A program made the translations under genes and the position numbers. Source: Bdellovibrionales bacterium (lineage in GTDB: Bacteria; Bdellovibrionota; Bdellovibrionia; Bdellovibrionales; UBA1609). Taken from it: DNA of 64,000 bases. The stretch is from positions 11,539-75,538 of the forward strand of contig SKLV01000081.1 of the NCBI GenBank assembly GCA_007121385.1. The letters are read 5' to 3'. Below the pieces are notes generated by a model. That model saw only the letters and a program-made list of their open reading frames with translations, was not told the DNA's origin and did not search any database. Shown here piece by piece: positions 9,582-18,939 of this stretch; within the stretch, counting starts at the first letter, position 1; each line of letters opens with the position of its first letter.

Positions 9582-10807
9582 TTACCACTGCCGGAGGCCT
9601 TTTTCTTCAAATTTTCTTCACTGCCGAGAGGAATGGTGGGCTCCTCAATCTCTACATCAGTTAGGCCATCCCAGGATTCCTCTTTGGAAGGGGCAATATT
9701 GTGGTCCGTATCGGTCCACTTTTTACCATCCATGGCTGTAACCCCAGACACTCGCACGCGAAAGTCCTCAGGGTGGCTGCAGAGACTTAAGGCCTCATCG
9801 AGGTCAATCTGACCCTGACTGAGCAGCTTCATGAGGCTCTGGTCAAAGGACTGCATTCCCCAAGCCACCTGACTTTCTTCAATGGCCGTGGTGATCATGC
9901 GGGTTTTTTCTGGGTTTTCAATCATATCTTTGATTCGACTATTGTTGATGAGGATTTCCACAGCCGGGACAAAGCCCTTTTTATCCGCTTTTCGTGCGAG
10001 TCGCTGACTGACCACAGCCTTGAGGACTGAGGCCAACTGCATGCGAACCTGATACTGTTGATGGGGATCAAAGGCCGCCAAAATGCGATTGATGGTCTCT
10101 TGAGCATCCATGGTGTGGAGGGTGGAAAGAACGAGGTGGCCGGTTTCTGCGGCAATCAGGGCTGTTTCGATCGTTTCTCGGTCCCTCATCTCCCCAATTA
10201 ATATCACATCGGGGTCTTGTCGCAGAGCGGCTCTGAGAGCCCTCGAATAGCTGGTCGAGTCCACGCCGAGCTCTCTTTGAGTGATGATGCTCTTTTTGTC
10301 TCGAATGAGGAATTCAATGGGATCTTCAATGGTCAGTATATGTTTGTTTTTTCTGCGGTTGATATCATCCACAATGGCGGCCAAAGTGGATGACTTCCCA
10401 GAGCCAGTGACTCCAGTGACTAAAATAAGACCTCTTTCATTGAGGGCAATTTTTTGAATGACCTCGGGCAGTTGAAGCTCCTGGTAGGTGGGCACCACAA
10501 AGGGAATATTGCGAATCACCATTCGCAGGGTGCCGCGCTGACGAAAGACATTTACCCGAAATCGCCCAAGCCCCGAAACTCCATAGCCCAGGTCAATCTC
10601 TTGAAACTGGACAAACTGATCTTTTTGGCGATCGTCCATTAACTCAAAGGCCATTTTTTCAATTTCCTCTCCCGAAAGAGAGGGGAGGTTGGCGGCCAGG
10701 GGGCGCAGGACACCATGGCGACGGATGACAGGCATGATTCCAGCTTTGAGGTGAACATCACTGGCGTTTTTTTTCATGGCCAGTCGAAGAATCTCTTTCA
10801 GTGTCAT
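9578..10807 (-). CDS. pilT: Type IV pilus retraction ATPase PilT/PilU family, with C-terminal extension
   Basis: Walker A GVTGSGKSSTLAA, Asp box and His box (AALRQDPDVILIGEMRD, VLSTLHT). At 409 aa it carries an acidic/basic tail of roughly 55 aa beyond the usual end. Confidence 0.85.
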   Translation of the reverse strand: MTLKEILRLAMKKNASDVHLKAGIMPVIRRHGVLRPLAANLPSLSGEEIEKMAFELMDDRQKDQFVQFQEIDLGYGVSGLGRFRVNVFRQRGTLRMVIRNIPFVVPTYQELQLPEVIQKIALNERGLILVTGVTGSGKSSTLAAIVDDINRRKNKHILTIEDPIEFLIRDKKSIITQRELGVDSTSYSRALRAALRQDPDVILIGEMRDRETIETALIAAETGHLVLSTLHTMDAQETINRILAAFDPHQQYQVRMQLASVLKAVVSQRLARKADKKGFVPAVEILINNSRIKDMIENPEKTRMITTAIEESQVAWGMQSFDQSLMKLLSQGQIDLDEALSLCSHPEDFRVRVSGVTAMDGKKWTDTDHNIAPSKEESWDGLTDVEIEEPTIPLGSEENLKKKASGSGK

Positions 10808-10904
10808 GACTTTATGCTAAATGAGATTGCCCTGAGCGAGGAGTCCTGTTTAGGTTTTTGAGTAGCCCTGAGCAGGCACTTTGGTCGAGGGGCAAGGAAA
10901 AATT

Positions 10905-11381
10905 ATGCAAAAGTCTTTTTGGGTGGAAAATTTGGCAACAGTGGGTGGGGTGGGCAAAGCGCCCAAGGCCCCAGGCACCTTTGGCACTTTGCCAGCCCTA
11001 CCCCTGGTTTTGGCCCTCTCGTTTTTAGGAGAGGTTTTGTGGATGTTGGCCACTTTGGTCCTGGTGATGTTGGCCGTGATCGTGGCTTCACTCTATGAAA
11101 AGCAGACTTTGCGTCACGATGCCAAAGAAGTGGTGATTGATGAAGTGGCGGGCTTTGCTGTCGCCATGCTCTGGCTCCCCATCACATGGCAAAGCTTTTT
11201 GGCGGCCTTTGTGCTCTTTCGTTTTTTTGATGTAGTTAAGCCTCCCCCCATTCGTCAAGTGGACAAGAAGGTCCCAGGGGGGTTGGGTGTGGTGGCTGAT
11301 GATGTTCTAGCCGGCGTTTTTAGTAATTTGATTTTACAGTGGGTTTACTGGAACACCGGCTGGCTGGGACAGAGTCTTTAA
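10905..11381 (+). CDS. pgpA: Phosphatidylglycerophosphatase A
   Basis: FGTLPALPL, DEVAGF and FRFFDVVKPPPIRQVDKKVPGGLGVVADD are PgpA-like. ATG 10905 has an AAGGA SD; the ORF-track start is TTG 10881. Confidence 0.8.
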   Translation: MQKSFWVENLATVGGVGKAPKAPGTFGTLPALPLVLALSFLGEVLWMLATLVLVMLAVIVASLYEKQTLRHDAKEVVIDEVAGFAVAMLWLPITWQSFLAAFVLFRFFDVVKPPPIRQVDKKVPGGLGVVADDVLAGVFSNLILQWVYWNTGWLGQSL

Positions 11382-11398
11382 ATTAGAGGAGAGAGATT

Positions 11399-11893
11399 AT
11401 GGGGGGAATGCAGAGCTTAGTGCAGGAGATCAAATCCATTTTGACTCAGAGGGAGGAAAGCCTCTCCCTGGCTGAGAGCTGTACTGGGGGCTTAATTTCT
11501 GCGGCCATTGCCGCCGAGCCCGGGGTCTCCCGCTTTTTTAAAGGGGCCGTCGTTTCTTATTCGGCTGAGCTGAAGTCCGATTTGCTCGCTGTGCCAAAGC
11601 CTTGGCTTAAGGGCTATGGAGAGGTGAGTTTGCCTGTGGCAAGAGCCATGGCTCGGGGCGCAAGGTCTGTGATGCGCAGCACATGGGCGGTGTCCGTCAC
11701 AGGAATTGCCGGTCCGAGTGGCGGATCTCCGGACAAGCCGGTGGGGACTGTGTGCTTTGCCGTGGTTGGCCCAGGAATTGAAGAGGTGGTGCAGCAACTA
11801 TTTGGAAAGGGCTCTGAACCACAGCGCCAAGACCTTCAGCACCAAGCCGGGCTTTTCGCTTTAGAATTGCTTTTGCGCCAAATCCGCGTTTGA
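11399..11893 (+). CDS. cinA: CinA C-terminal domain protein / nicotinamide-nucleotide amidohydrolase PncC
   Basis: ESCTGGLISAAI and VTGIAGPSGG motifs. Sits directly upstream of recA, as in many bacteria. Confidence 0.85.
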   Translation: MGGMQSLVQEIKSILTQREESLSLAESCTGGLISAAIAAEPGVSRFFKGAVVSYSAELKSDLLAVPKPWLKGYGEVSLPVARAMARGARSVMRSTWAVSVTGIAGPSGGSPDKPVGTVCFAVVGPGIEEVVQQLFGKGSEPQRQDLQHQAGLFALELLLRQIRV

Positions 11894-11936
11894 GTGTTGG
11901 AGTTCCCATCGATCTTATTTGAAGGAGTGAAAGACT

Positions 11937-13064
11937 ATGGCATCAATTCAGTCAGGGAGTGGATCCACAAACCCCAGCAGCAGTGAAAAGAGTCGGGCTT
12001 TAGAGCTCGCCATCTCGTCCATCGAAAAGCAGTTTGGCAAGGGCTCAATTATGAAGTTGGGTGGGGAGTCTAGCCTCTATGGACAGGTTCCTGTGTACAG
12101 TACGGGAGCACTGAGTTTGGATATTGCTTTGGGAATTGGTGGTTTGCCCCGTGGTCGAATTGTGGAGATTTTCGGGCCAGAGAGTTCCGGGAAAACCACA
12201 CTGGCTCTCTCGACCATTGCCCAAGCGCAAAAAGCCGGTGGAACTGTTGCTTTCGTAGATGCCGAGCATGCTCTGGATGTGAGTTATGCTCGCAAATTGG
12301 GTGTCAGAGTGGAGGATATGTTGATTTCTCAGCCCGACACTGGGGAACAGGCCTTGGAGATCACTGAGACTCTGGTCCGCTCGGGAGCTGTGGATGTTTT
12401 GGTGGTGGACTCAGTGGCGGCCCTCACTCCTCGAGCTGAGATTGAAGGGGAGATGGGTGATAGCCATATGGGCTTACAGGCTCGTCTGATGTCTCAAGCC
12501 TTGCGCAAGCTGACGGCAGCCATCAGTCGCAGTAACACTCTGGTTATTTTTATCAACCAGATTCGCATGAAAATTGGAGTGATGTTTGGCAATCCAGAGA
12601 CCACTACGGGTGGTAATGCTCTCAAGTTTTACTCCTCTGTGCGCTTGGATGTGCGTCGAATTGGAGCCCTAAAAGCAGGTGAAGAGGTTGTGGGCAACCG
12701 CACAGCTGTCAAAGTGGTCAAAAACAAAATGGCCCCTCCTTTTGCCAAAGTTGAGTTTGATCTTAATTATGGAGAGGGGATTTCAGCTGAAGGAGACATC
12801 CTCGACTTGGCAGTAAAGCTAGACATGATTGAAAAATCTGGAGCTTGGTACAGTCATAAGGGTGAGCGCATGGGGCAAGGGCGTGATGCGGCCAAGCAGT
12901 TTCTGAGAGACAATCGGGAATTGGCTGCAGATTTGCGTCAGCAAATTTTAGTGGCTCATGGAATCATCAAAGCCAAGCCCACAGATCCAAAGGCTGAGGC
13001 CGTGCAGGAGTTGGCGGAGAAGGCAGCGGCTCCCACAAAGACGGCAACCAAGAAGAAGCACTAG
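11937..13064 (+). CDS. recA: Recombinase RecA
   Basis: [12 protein letters not shown] Walker [10 protein letters not shown] and [28 protein letters not shown]. Confidence 0.97.
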   Translation: MASIQSGSGSTNPSSSEKSRALELAISSIEKQFGKGSIMKLGGESSLYGQVPVYSTGALSLDIALGIGGLPRGRIVEIFGPESSGKTTLALSTIAQAQKAGGTVAFVDAEHALDVSYARKLGVRVEDMLISQPDTGEQALEITETLVRSGAVDVLVVDSVAALTPRAEIEGEMGDSHMGLQARLMSQALRKLTAAISRSNTLVIFINQIRMKIGVMFGNPETTTGGNALKFYSSVRLDVRRIGALKAGEEVVGNRTAVKVVKNKMAPPFAKVEFDLNYGEGISAEGDILDLAVKLDMIEKSGAWYSHKGERMGQGRDAAKQFLRDNRELAADLRQQILVAHGIIKAKPTDPKAEAVQELAEKAAAPTKTATKKKH

Positions 13065-13088
13065 TTGTCGGAACCGAGGAGCGCCTGA

Positions 13089-14306
13089 TTGTCCATCCGT
13101 CCGTTGGTGGTGAGAAAGTATGGGGGCAAGTGTTTAGCCACCCTGGCTGATGTTCAGCGGGTGGCCAAAGATGTCACCTCTCTTTATCAGAAGGATCGGG
13201 CTGTGATTGTGGTGGTCAGCGCCATGGGGCAGACCACCGATGAGCTGACTCGCTTAGCTTACCAAATTAGCTCCAGGCCGGCGCGAAGAGAACTGGATAT
13301 GCTGCTCACCACAGGTGAGAGGGTGAGTATGGCCTTAATGAGTATGGCTCTTCAGGATCTGGGCTGTCCGGCGGTGAGTTTTACCGGCAGTCAGGCCGGA
13401 GTCTTGACGGATGACTCCCACAGCAACGCCCGAATCACAGACTTGCGTCCCATTCGGATCGAACAGTCTTTGACTGAGGGAAAAGTGGTTGTGTTGGCGG
13501 GCTTCCAAGGAGTTAGTCCTCGTCGCAAGGAAGTCACTACCTTAGGGCGAGGAGGATCAGACACCACCGCTGTGGCCATGGCGGCCCACTTCAAAGCGGA
13601 GCGCTGTGAAATTCTTAAGGATGTGAGTGGTGTTTTTTCCGCAGATCCAAAGCTCATTCCCCAGGCCCACCATTACTCAGAACTGTCTTATGACCAAGTG
13701 GCTCGTATGTGCTTTTGGGGAGCTAAAGTTTTACACTATCGTTCTGTGGAGCTCGCTCAAGCTCAAGGAGTCCCTCTTTTTGTGGGAAGTGCGACTTTGC
13801 CAGAAAGAGGAACTTTAATTACTCAAGGGGTGCCCATGTTTGAACAAGCAAAGATTTTGGCTATTAACAGTCATCCCAAAGTTCATCACTATCAAGTGGC
13901 AGGACAGGGGATGGCACAGTCTTTTGAGCAATTGGATAAGGCTCTTAGAAAGATGGAGCTGCCTTGGCCTCAGATTTTGGCCTCGGTCCATGATCCCTCA
14001 GGCTGGACCCGCTTTATGGTGACAGGAGATGACTGGAGCCTTGCTTCTCTGGAAGCTTTAGCCCAACAGAAAAATGAATGGGGCTTATCTTCTTTGAATC
14101 AAGTGATGGCTTCAGTGACTCTGTCGGGCTATGGCTTGAGTTGTAGTCCTGTTTTAAATCAGGCTCTAGAGTTGCTCAAAGCTGTGGATGTGGCAGTGGA
14201 AAAGGTGATCACTCATGAGGGAAGTCTCAGTTTTTTTGTCTCGCCAACAGATCTTTCTAAAGCCATGAGTCAGCTTCATTTGTTGATTGAATCTTCAGCT
14301 CTCTAA
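13089..14306 (+). CDS. lysC: Aspartate kinase
   Basis: [35 protein letters not shown] and C-terminal ACT-like region. TTG start. Confidence 0.88.
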   Translation: MSIRPLVVRKYGGKCLATLADVQRVAKDVTSLYQKDRAVIVVVSAMGQTTDELTRLAYQISSRPARRELDMLLTTGERVSMALMSMALQDLGCPAVSFTGSQAGVLTDDSHSNARITDLRPIRIEQSLTEGKVVVLAGFQGVSPRRKEVTTLGRGGSDTTAVAMAAHFKAERCEILKDVSGVFSADPKLIPQAHHYSELSYDQVARMCFWGAKVLHYRSVELAQAQGVPLFVGSATLPERGTLITQGVPMFEQAKILAINSHPKVHHYQVAGQGMAQSFEQLDKALRKMELPWPQILASVHDPSGWTRFMVTGDDWSLASLEALAQQKNEWGLSSLNQVMASVTLSGYGLSCSPVLNQALELLKAVDVAVEKVITHEGSLSFFVSPTDLSKAMSQLHLLIESSAL

Positions 14307-14314
14307 GGATGAGC

Positions 14315-15298
14315 TCACAGTTGGGCCCGGATATACTGGGAAACTCTGGGAGATTGACCTTGAGGAATGCGAATCCGGTGACTGTTAACAAAGGTGGGAA
14401 CAAAGCCCTTGACCAGCTCTGGATTGATCCGTTTTAGGGTGTTTTCCTGCACGCCCAGGTGCTCCGCAAGAAGGACAAGATCTGTCCCCCCCGGAACATA
14501 AAAGTATTCATAGCTCATAGGAGCCATGGGGGTAATATTGTCAAACCCGTAGAGATGAGGGGCCTTGGCAATGATCATGGCTGCCAAAATTTTTGGAATA
14601 TAATCACGAGTTTCACGGGGAAAATCTCTTTTTTGCGCTAAAATCCAAAAGTCTCGGGTTTTGTGTCTTTCGATCAGTCGACGGAGGCGGCCTTCACCCA
14701 TATTGTAGGCAGCGGCGGCCAAATACCAGGAGTCAAACATGCGGTAGAGGTCAGAGAGGTAGCGAGCCGCAGCGCGTGTGCTTTTGCGGTAGTCACGCCG
14801 CTCGTCCAGCCACCAGTCTGTTTTCAGTCCATAGCGGTTGGCAGTTGGGGCGATAAATTGCCAGTATCCCACCGCCGAGGCTGTGCTCACTGCTCTAGGT
14901 GAAAAGCCGCTTTCAATCATAGCCACATAAATGAGGTCTTGAGGAAGTCCTGCCTCGACCAGAGTTCTCTTCATGGATGGCATATAGCGGTGGGAACGAG
15001 AGAGCCATCGTTCAAACCAGCGCCGTCCGGGTCCCTGGAAATGGTTTATCCAAGTTCGCACATGCTGATTGTAGGTGACTGGCAAATCAAAAAAGGGCTG
15101 ATTGTCCACCGGGGCAAAGCGAGGATGAGGGTGAAGAGCTTGTCGGCGCCGAGCCATCTCCTCGGCTAAGCGTCGAATCTCTCCCCCTTCTTGAGGGGGG
15201 TGAGGGGAGGCCTTGAGGGGGGCCACCCCTCCACTGAGAGCCATCGCCATCAAGGCTCCAAGTAGGAAAGCCAAAGGTCGGTTGTCATTCTCTTTCAT
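14315..15298 (-). CDS. MltD-like membrane-bound lytic murein transglycosylase with C-terminal LysM
   Basis: MIESGFSPRAVSTASAVGYWQFIAPTANRYGL and AAAAYNMGEG (SLT domain), plus a C-terminal LysM-like YVPGGTDLVLLAEHLGVQENTLKRINP. Start is uncertain: 15298 gives a signal peptide; the ORF-track start is 15376. Confidence 0.8.
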   Translation of the reverse strand: MKENDNRPLAFLLGALMAMALSGGVAPLKASPHPPQEGGEIRRLAEEMARRRQALHPHPRFAPVDNQPFFDLPVTYNQHVRTWINHFQGPGRRWFERWLSRSHRYMPSMKRTLVEAGLPQDLIYVAMIESGFSPRAVSTASAVGYWQFIAPTANRYGLKTDWWLDERRDYRKSTRAAARYLSDLYRMFDSWYLAAAAYNMGEGRLRRLIERHKTRDFWILAQKRDFPRETRDYIPKILAAMIIAKAPHLYGFDNITPMAPMSYEYFYVPGGTDLVLLAEHLGVQENTLKRINPELVKGFVPTFVNSHRIRIPQGQSPRVSQYIRAQL

Positions 15299-15546
15299 CC
15301 CTTCTGAGTATGGTCCAAATTGTCCCTCAGGTCGAGGACCAACTGTCATGAAAGCGAGTGTTGATGTCAGCATCATGACTGGGCTAAGAGCCTTTCTTGA
15401 CTTTGGTCGAGTTCAGCTGAAACCCAAGAGACACAAGTTTTTATCGGTTGGCCAGAGGCTCAACTTTAAACAAAAACATCTGGAGATCAAAAACCAGCCA
15501 CAAGTCTCATCGACCTAGGGCCAGTCGGATTTGGAACTTGTGGCCG

Positions 15547-15562
15547 TGGCATGTCACTTGCT
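15547..15562 (+). promoter_or_regulatory. Sigma-54 (RpoN) promoter upstream of flgF
   Basis: TGGCATgtcacTTGCT matches TGGCAC-N5-TTGCW with correct GG-N10-GC spacing, 33 nt upstream of the flgF ATG. Confidence 0.75.
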
Positions 15563-15594
15563 TATTGAACTTTTAAGAACAAAAGGAGTGTTCC

Positions 15595-16401
15595 ATGAGC
15601 AGTAAGGGAATCTTCACAGCTCTGAGTGGGGCGATGGTCCAGAGCCAGCGCTTGGATACCATTGCTAACAATATTGCCAACGTGAACACCACTTCGTTTA
15701 AAAAAGATGAGCAAACTTTCCGGGAATATTTGACCAGTTATGAAAAACCCCCGGATGTGATTCAGGTCCCAAGAGTGCCAGCCTCTATTGAAAGCTTTTA
15801 TGATATGCAGGGTGGAGACCGGGCTTTGGCTGAATCTGCAGGAACCTATACCGATTTTTCGCAAGGTGTGATCAAGCCCACGGGCAACCCCCTGGATTTG
15901 GCCTTGGAGGGAGATGGATTTTTTGAGGTTCTCACCCCTCAAGGGGTTCGCCTGACTCGAAACGGAGCCTTCAATGTCTCCAACGAGGGAATCTTAGTGA
16001 ATCGAGAGGGGCATCCAGTTCTTCGCGAGGGAATGGGTCAGGATCCTCAGTTGCGAACCATCCAAGTGAACTCGCGCAACCTCACTCTTTCCCTTGCTGG
16101 TGAACTCTATGAGGGAGGAGAGAGTCTGGGACGCTTGTCCCTCGTAACCGTTCCCAATCATGAAGCTCTACAAAAAGTGGGAAACTCTAATTACATGCTC
16201 AGAGAAAACTTCCAAGCTCAACTGATTCCCGCCAATCAGGCACAGGTTCAACAGGGATTTCTTGAGGGGAGCAATGTGAATATTATTAAAGAAATGACGG
16301 ACATGATCGGGGCATCACGAGCTTTTGAAAGCACCCAGCAAACTATGAAAGCCTTTGATCAAATGGATGCGAAGCTCGTCAATGAACTGGCTAAAACTTA
16401 A
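15595..16401 (+). CDS. flgF: Flagellar basal-body rod protein FlgF
   Basis: The N-terminus DTIANNIANVNTTSFKKD and a conserved rod-protein C-terminus. Position is upstream of flgG. Confidence 0.9.
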   Translation: MSSKGIFTALSGAMVQSQRLDTIANNIANVNTTSFKKDEQTFREYLTSYEKPPDVIQVPRVPASIESFYDMQGGDRALAESAGTYTDFSQGVIKPTGNPLDLALEGDGFFEVLTPQGVRLTRNGAFNVSNEGILVNREGHPVLREGMGQDPQLRTIQVNSRNLTLSLAGELYEGGESLGRLSLVTVPNHEALQKVGNSNYMLRENFQAQLIPANQAQVQQGFLEGSNVNIIKEMTDMIGASRAFESTQQTMKAFDQMDAKLVNELAKT

Positions 16402-16435
16402 GGTTTCGTTGAAACCAGAACAGGTGTAGGGAAAA

Positions 16436-17221
16436 ATGCTCAAGTCTCTTAATACGGCCGCAACAGGAATGCAGGCGCAACAGACTAACATGGATGTGAT
16501 TGCCAATAATTTGGCCAACTCATCAACCGTGGGTTTTAAAAGGTCACGGGCGGAATTTGAGGATCTTCTCTATCACAACATCAAAGAGCCGGGCGCTCAG
16601 ACGGGATTCAATTCGATTTCACCCACTGGGGTTCAGGTGGGTATGGGAGTCCGTACAGCGGCCGTACAAAAGGACTTTGAACAGGGATCCACTCAGGTCA
16701 CCAAAAACCCGCTGGATTTGGAAATTCAGGGCCCAGGCTTCTTTCCTGTTCAAACCCCCAACGGACAAATTGCCTACACTCGAGATGGGTCCTTTAAGAG
16801 AGCCCCTGATGGACGAATCGTCGATCGCAATGGCCATGCTCTGATTCCCCAAATCGTGATTCCCCCATCGGCTGCGGCCATTGAGATTTCTCAAGAGGGC
16901 CAGGTGAATGTTTTGATGGGCGATGGCATTTTGCCACAGAACATTGGGCAAATTCAGCTGGTGAACTTTGTCAACCCAGCGGGGCTGCGCAGTGCGGGCC
17001 GGAACCTCTTTATGCCGACGGCCGCCAGCGGGCAGCCTCAACAAAGCCTTCCAGGGCAGAACGCTCTGGGCTACTTGGCTCAGGGCCAGCTTGAGCGCAG
17101 CAATGTCAATATTGTGGATGAGATGGTGAATATGATTCAGACCCAAAGATCCTACGAGACCAACTCGAAGGTGATACAGGCTTCAGATCAGATGCTACAG
17201 CTGATGAACAATATTCGGTGA
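16436..17221 (+). CDS. flgG: Flagellar distal rod protein FlgG
   Basis: MDVIANNLANSSTVGFKRSRAEFEDLLY and C-terminal SNVNIVDEMVNMIQTQRSYETNSKV. Confidence 0.95.
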   Translation: MLKSLNTAATGMQAQQTNMDVIANNLANSSTVGFKRSRAEFEDLLYHNIKEPGAQTGFNSISPTGVQVGMGVRTAAVQKDFEQGSTQVTKNPLDLEIQGPGFFPVQTPNGQIAYTRDGSFKRAPDGRIVDRNGHALIPQIVIPPSAAAIEISQEGQVNVLMGDGILPQNIGQIQLVNFVNPAGLRSAGRNLFMPTAASGQPQQSLPGQNALGYLAQGQLERSNVNIVDEMVNMIQTQRSYETNSKVIQASDQMLQLMNNIR

Positions 17222-17227
17222 GATTGA

Positions 17228-18208
17228 ATGAGACAGGCTTTGAAGTTTAAAATTCTATTGGTTTTTGTGGGGCTGTTATTGGTTCCCATCGCCTATGCCT
17301 CGGAGCACAGTCTACGTTTGGTGATTCGGGATTCTGTTGAATTACGTGAGTCAGGCCCTCTTTTACTGAAGCATATTATGGAGCCCTCGGATCTCAGTGC
17401 TGAGCTTTTGGCGCATTTAAGGTCTGTTGAATTAGGGAGGATTCCAGATGCGGGTGAACAGTTGGTTCTCAGCAACGCAGCCATCTCCCAAGTTCTGAGA
17501 CGTCATGTCGCTCGTTTTGCGGGCTTAGGAGCGGAAACCTCAAAGCCGAGCTATCAAATCCCCCGACAGGTTGTTGTCAAAAATGTGTCTCACCTACTGG
17601 ATCAAGTACAGGTCCGGAAGAAGCTCATGCAACATTGGGGGGCATTGTGCCCACAAGATTGTGAAGTCTCCATTGCTCAACTGAACCTGCCTCGGATAGT
17701 GGCCCCCTCGGGGTCCTGGACCTTGAGACTGGGTGATGACTTACCCAGGGGCAGTTTTTCTCTGGCCTTAGAGGTGGAGAACAGATCCTCTCAGCCTCAA
17801 ATTCACTGGATTCACGGGCGTATTGAGGTCCGGCGAAAAGTCCCAGTGACCACAAGAGCTTTGAACTTCGGAGAGAGGGTGAGCTCTCAGGACATCACCT
17901 GGGAGATGCGAGATATGACCTTAGCAAGAGATGCCACACCCAGTGAAGAGCAACTCCTCGGACAGCGCTTAAGGAGCTCCTTAGCTGCGCGATCAGTGAT
18001 TTATTCTCAGCAGGTGGAGCGCCCAAGGGCTGTTCAAAGAGGGCAGCTGGCCCGTGTGACTCGAGGTGAAGGGCTTTGGCAAATCACCAGTCAGGCTTTA
18101 GCTGAGCAAGACGGCTTTATTGGAGACCGAATCAACCTCCGCCACCCCCGAACTCAGGCCCTGCTGTCTGGTGTGGTTGTGGCCGATGGGGAGGTGGAGC
18201 TGAAATGA
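17228..18208 (+). CDS. flgA: Flagellar P-ring assembly chaperone FlgA (long form)
   Basis: Signal peptide and a C-terminal SAF-like region (GQLARV...GDRINLRHPRTQALLSGVVVADGEVEL). Lies between flgG and flgH. Confidence 0.7.
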   Translation: MRQALKFKILLVFVGLLLVPIAYASEHSLRLVIRDSVELRESGPLLLKHIMEPSDLSAELLAHLRSVELGRIPDAGEQLVLSNAAISQVLRRHVARFAGLGAETSKPSYQIPRQVVVKNVSHLLDQVQVRKKLMQHWGALCPQDCEVSIAQLNLPRIVAPSGSWTLRLGDDLPRGSFSLALEVENRSSQPQIHWIHGRIEVRRKVPVTTRALNFGERVSSQDITWEMRDMTLARDATPSEEQLLGQRLRSSLAARSVIYSQQVERPRAVQRGQLARVTRGEGLWQITSQALAEQDGFIGDRINLRHPRTQALLSGVVVADGEVELK

Positions 18209-18939
18209 TAAGACTTTTCCTTGTCATCGTTTTTTTGGGGATCTTCACTGGCTGTGCCAGCTTTGGTCAGCGCTATAAAGCCTTTCTTAACCGTCACCAC
18301 AGTTCCCCGGTGACGGAGGAGTCGGCGGGCCGTAATTCTCAATCGCTGCGCTTTTCCGACAATCCAAATATGCCTCCTACTCATCATCGCCAGTACCGGA
18401 GAGTGCATCGAGATAACTTTGAAGAGGAGGCCCTGATGCGTGGGCCTGCGGGCTCCCTTTGGGTGATGGAGGGGCAGGGAGCCTACCTGTTTTCCCAAAA
18501 TGTCATTCGCATGATTGGAGACCCTTTGGCCGTCAAGCTTGATGGAGACCCTCGCGAGCAACTCGAGAGCAAAGCAAAGGTGATTCGCAACCTTCTAAAC
18601 CAATTGGAGGCGCGCCAAAACCGAGTTCGCGGCCCTGCTGGTGCGGGAATTGAATCGGATACCGATCCCTCGCCAACTGGCGCTGCGCCGGGGGGGGCGA
18701 GCGAGGCGGTGGATTTTAATGTCAATACGGTTCCCACGCGAGTTGTGGAACGTCTGATTGATGGGAATTATCGTGTTAAGGGGACTCAGCCCTTGATGAT
18801 TGGCGCTCGTGAGTACCAAGTGATTGTGACGGGAATTGTTCGATCTGAAGATTTTAACGAGGACGGAATCAGTGCCACCCGCCTGCTGGATCCCCGCTTT
18901 GATATAGTGGGAGTGCGAAGAAGGGAGTCTTCACTGTGA
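18205..18939 (+). CDS. flgH: Flagellar L-ring lipoprotein FlgH
   Basis: Lipobox IFTGC and C-terminal VTGIVRSEDFNEDGISATRLLDPRFDIVG. 4-nt overlap with flgA. Confidence 0.9.
   Translation: MIRLFLVIVFLGIFTGCASFGQRYKAFLNRHHSSPVTEESAGRNSQSLRFSDNPNMPPTHHRQYRRVHRDNFEEEALMRGPAGSLWVMEGQGAYLFSQNVIRMIGDPLAVKLDGDPREQLESKAKVIRNLLNQLEARQNRVRGPAGAGIESDTDPSPTGAAPGGASEAVDFNVNTVPTRVVERLIDGNYRVKGTQPLMIGAREYQVIVTGIVRSEDFNEDGISATRLLDPRFDIVGVRRRESSL

Noticed and set aside
10808-11936. SOS (LexA) box upstream of pgpA-cinA-recA
   Set aside because: I looked for CTGT-N8-ACAG-type and TTAC-N3-GTAA-type palindromes in the 10808-10904, 11382-11398 and 11894-11936 spacers and found none.
13905-13925. TGGCACagtctTTTGA sigma-54-like sequence
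   Set aside because: It lies inside the lysC coding region, the -12 element is TTTGA rather than TTGC, and no gene start follows.
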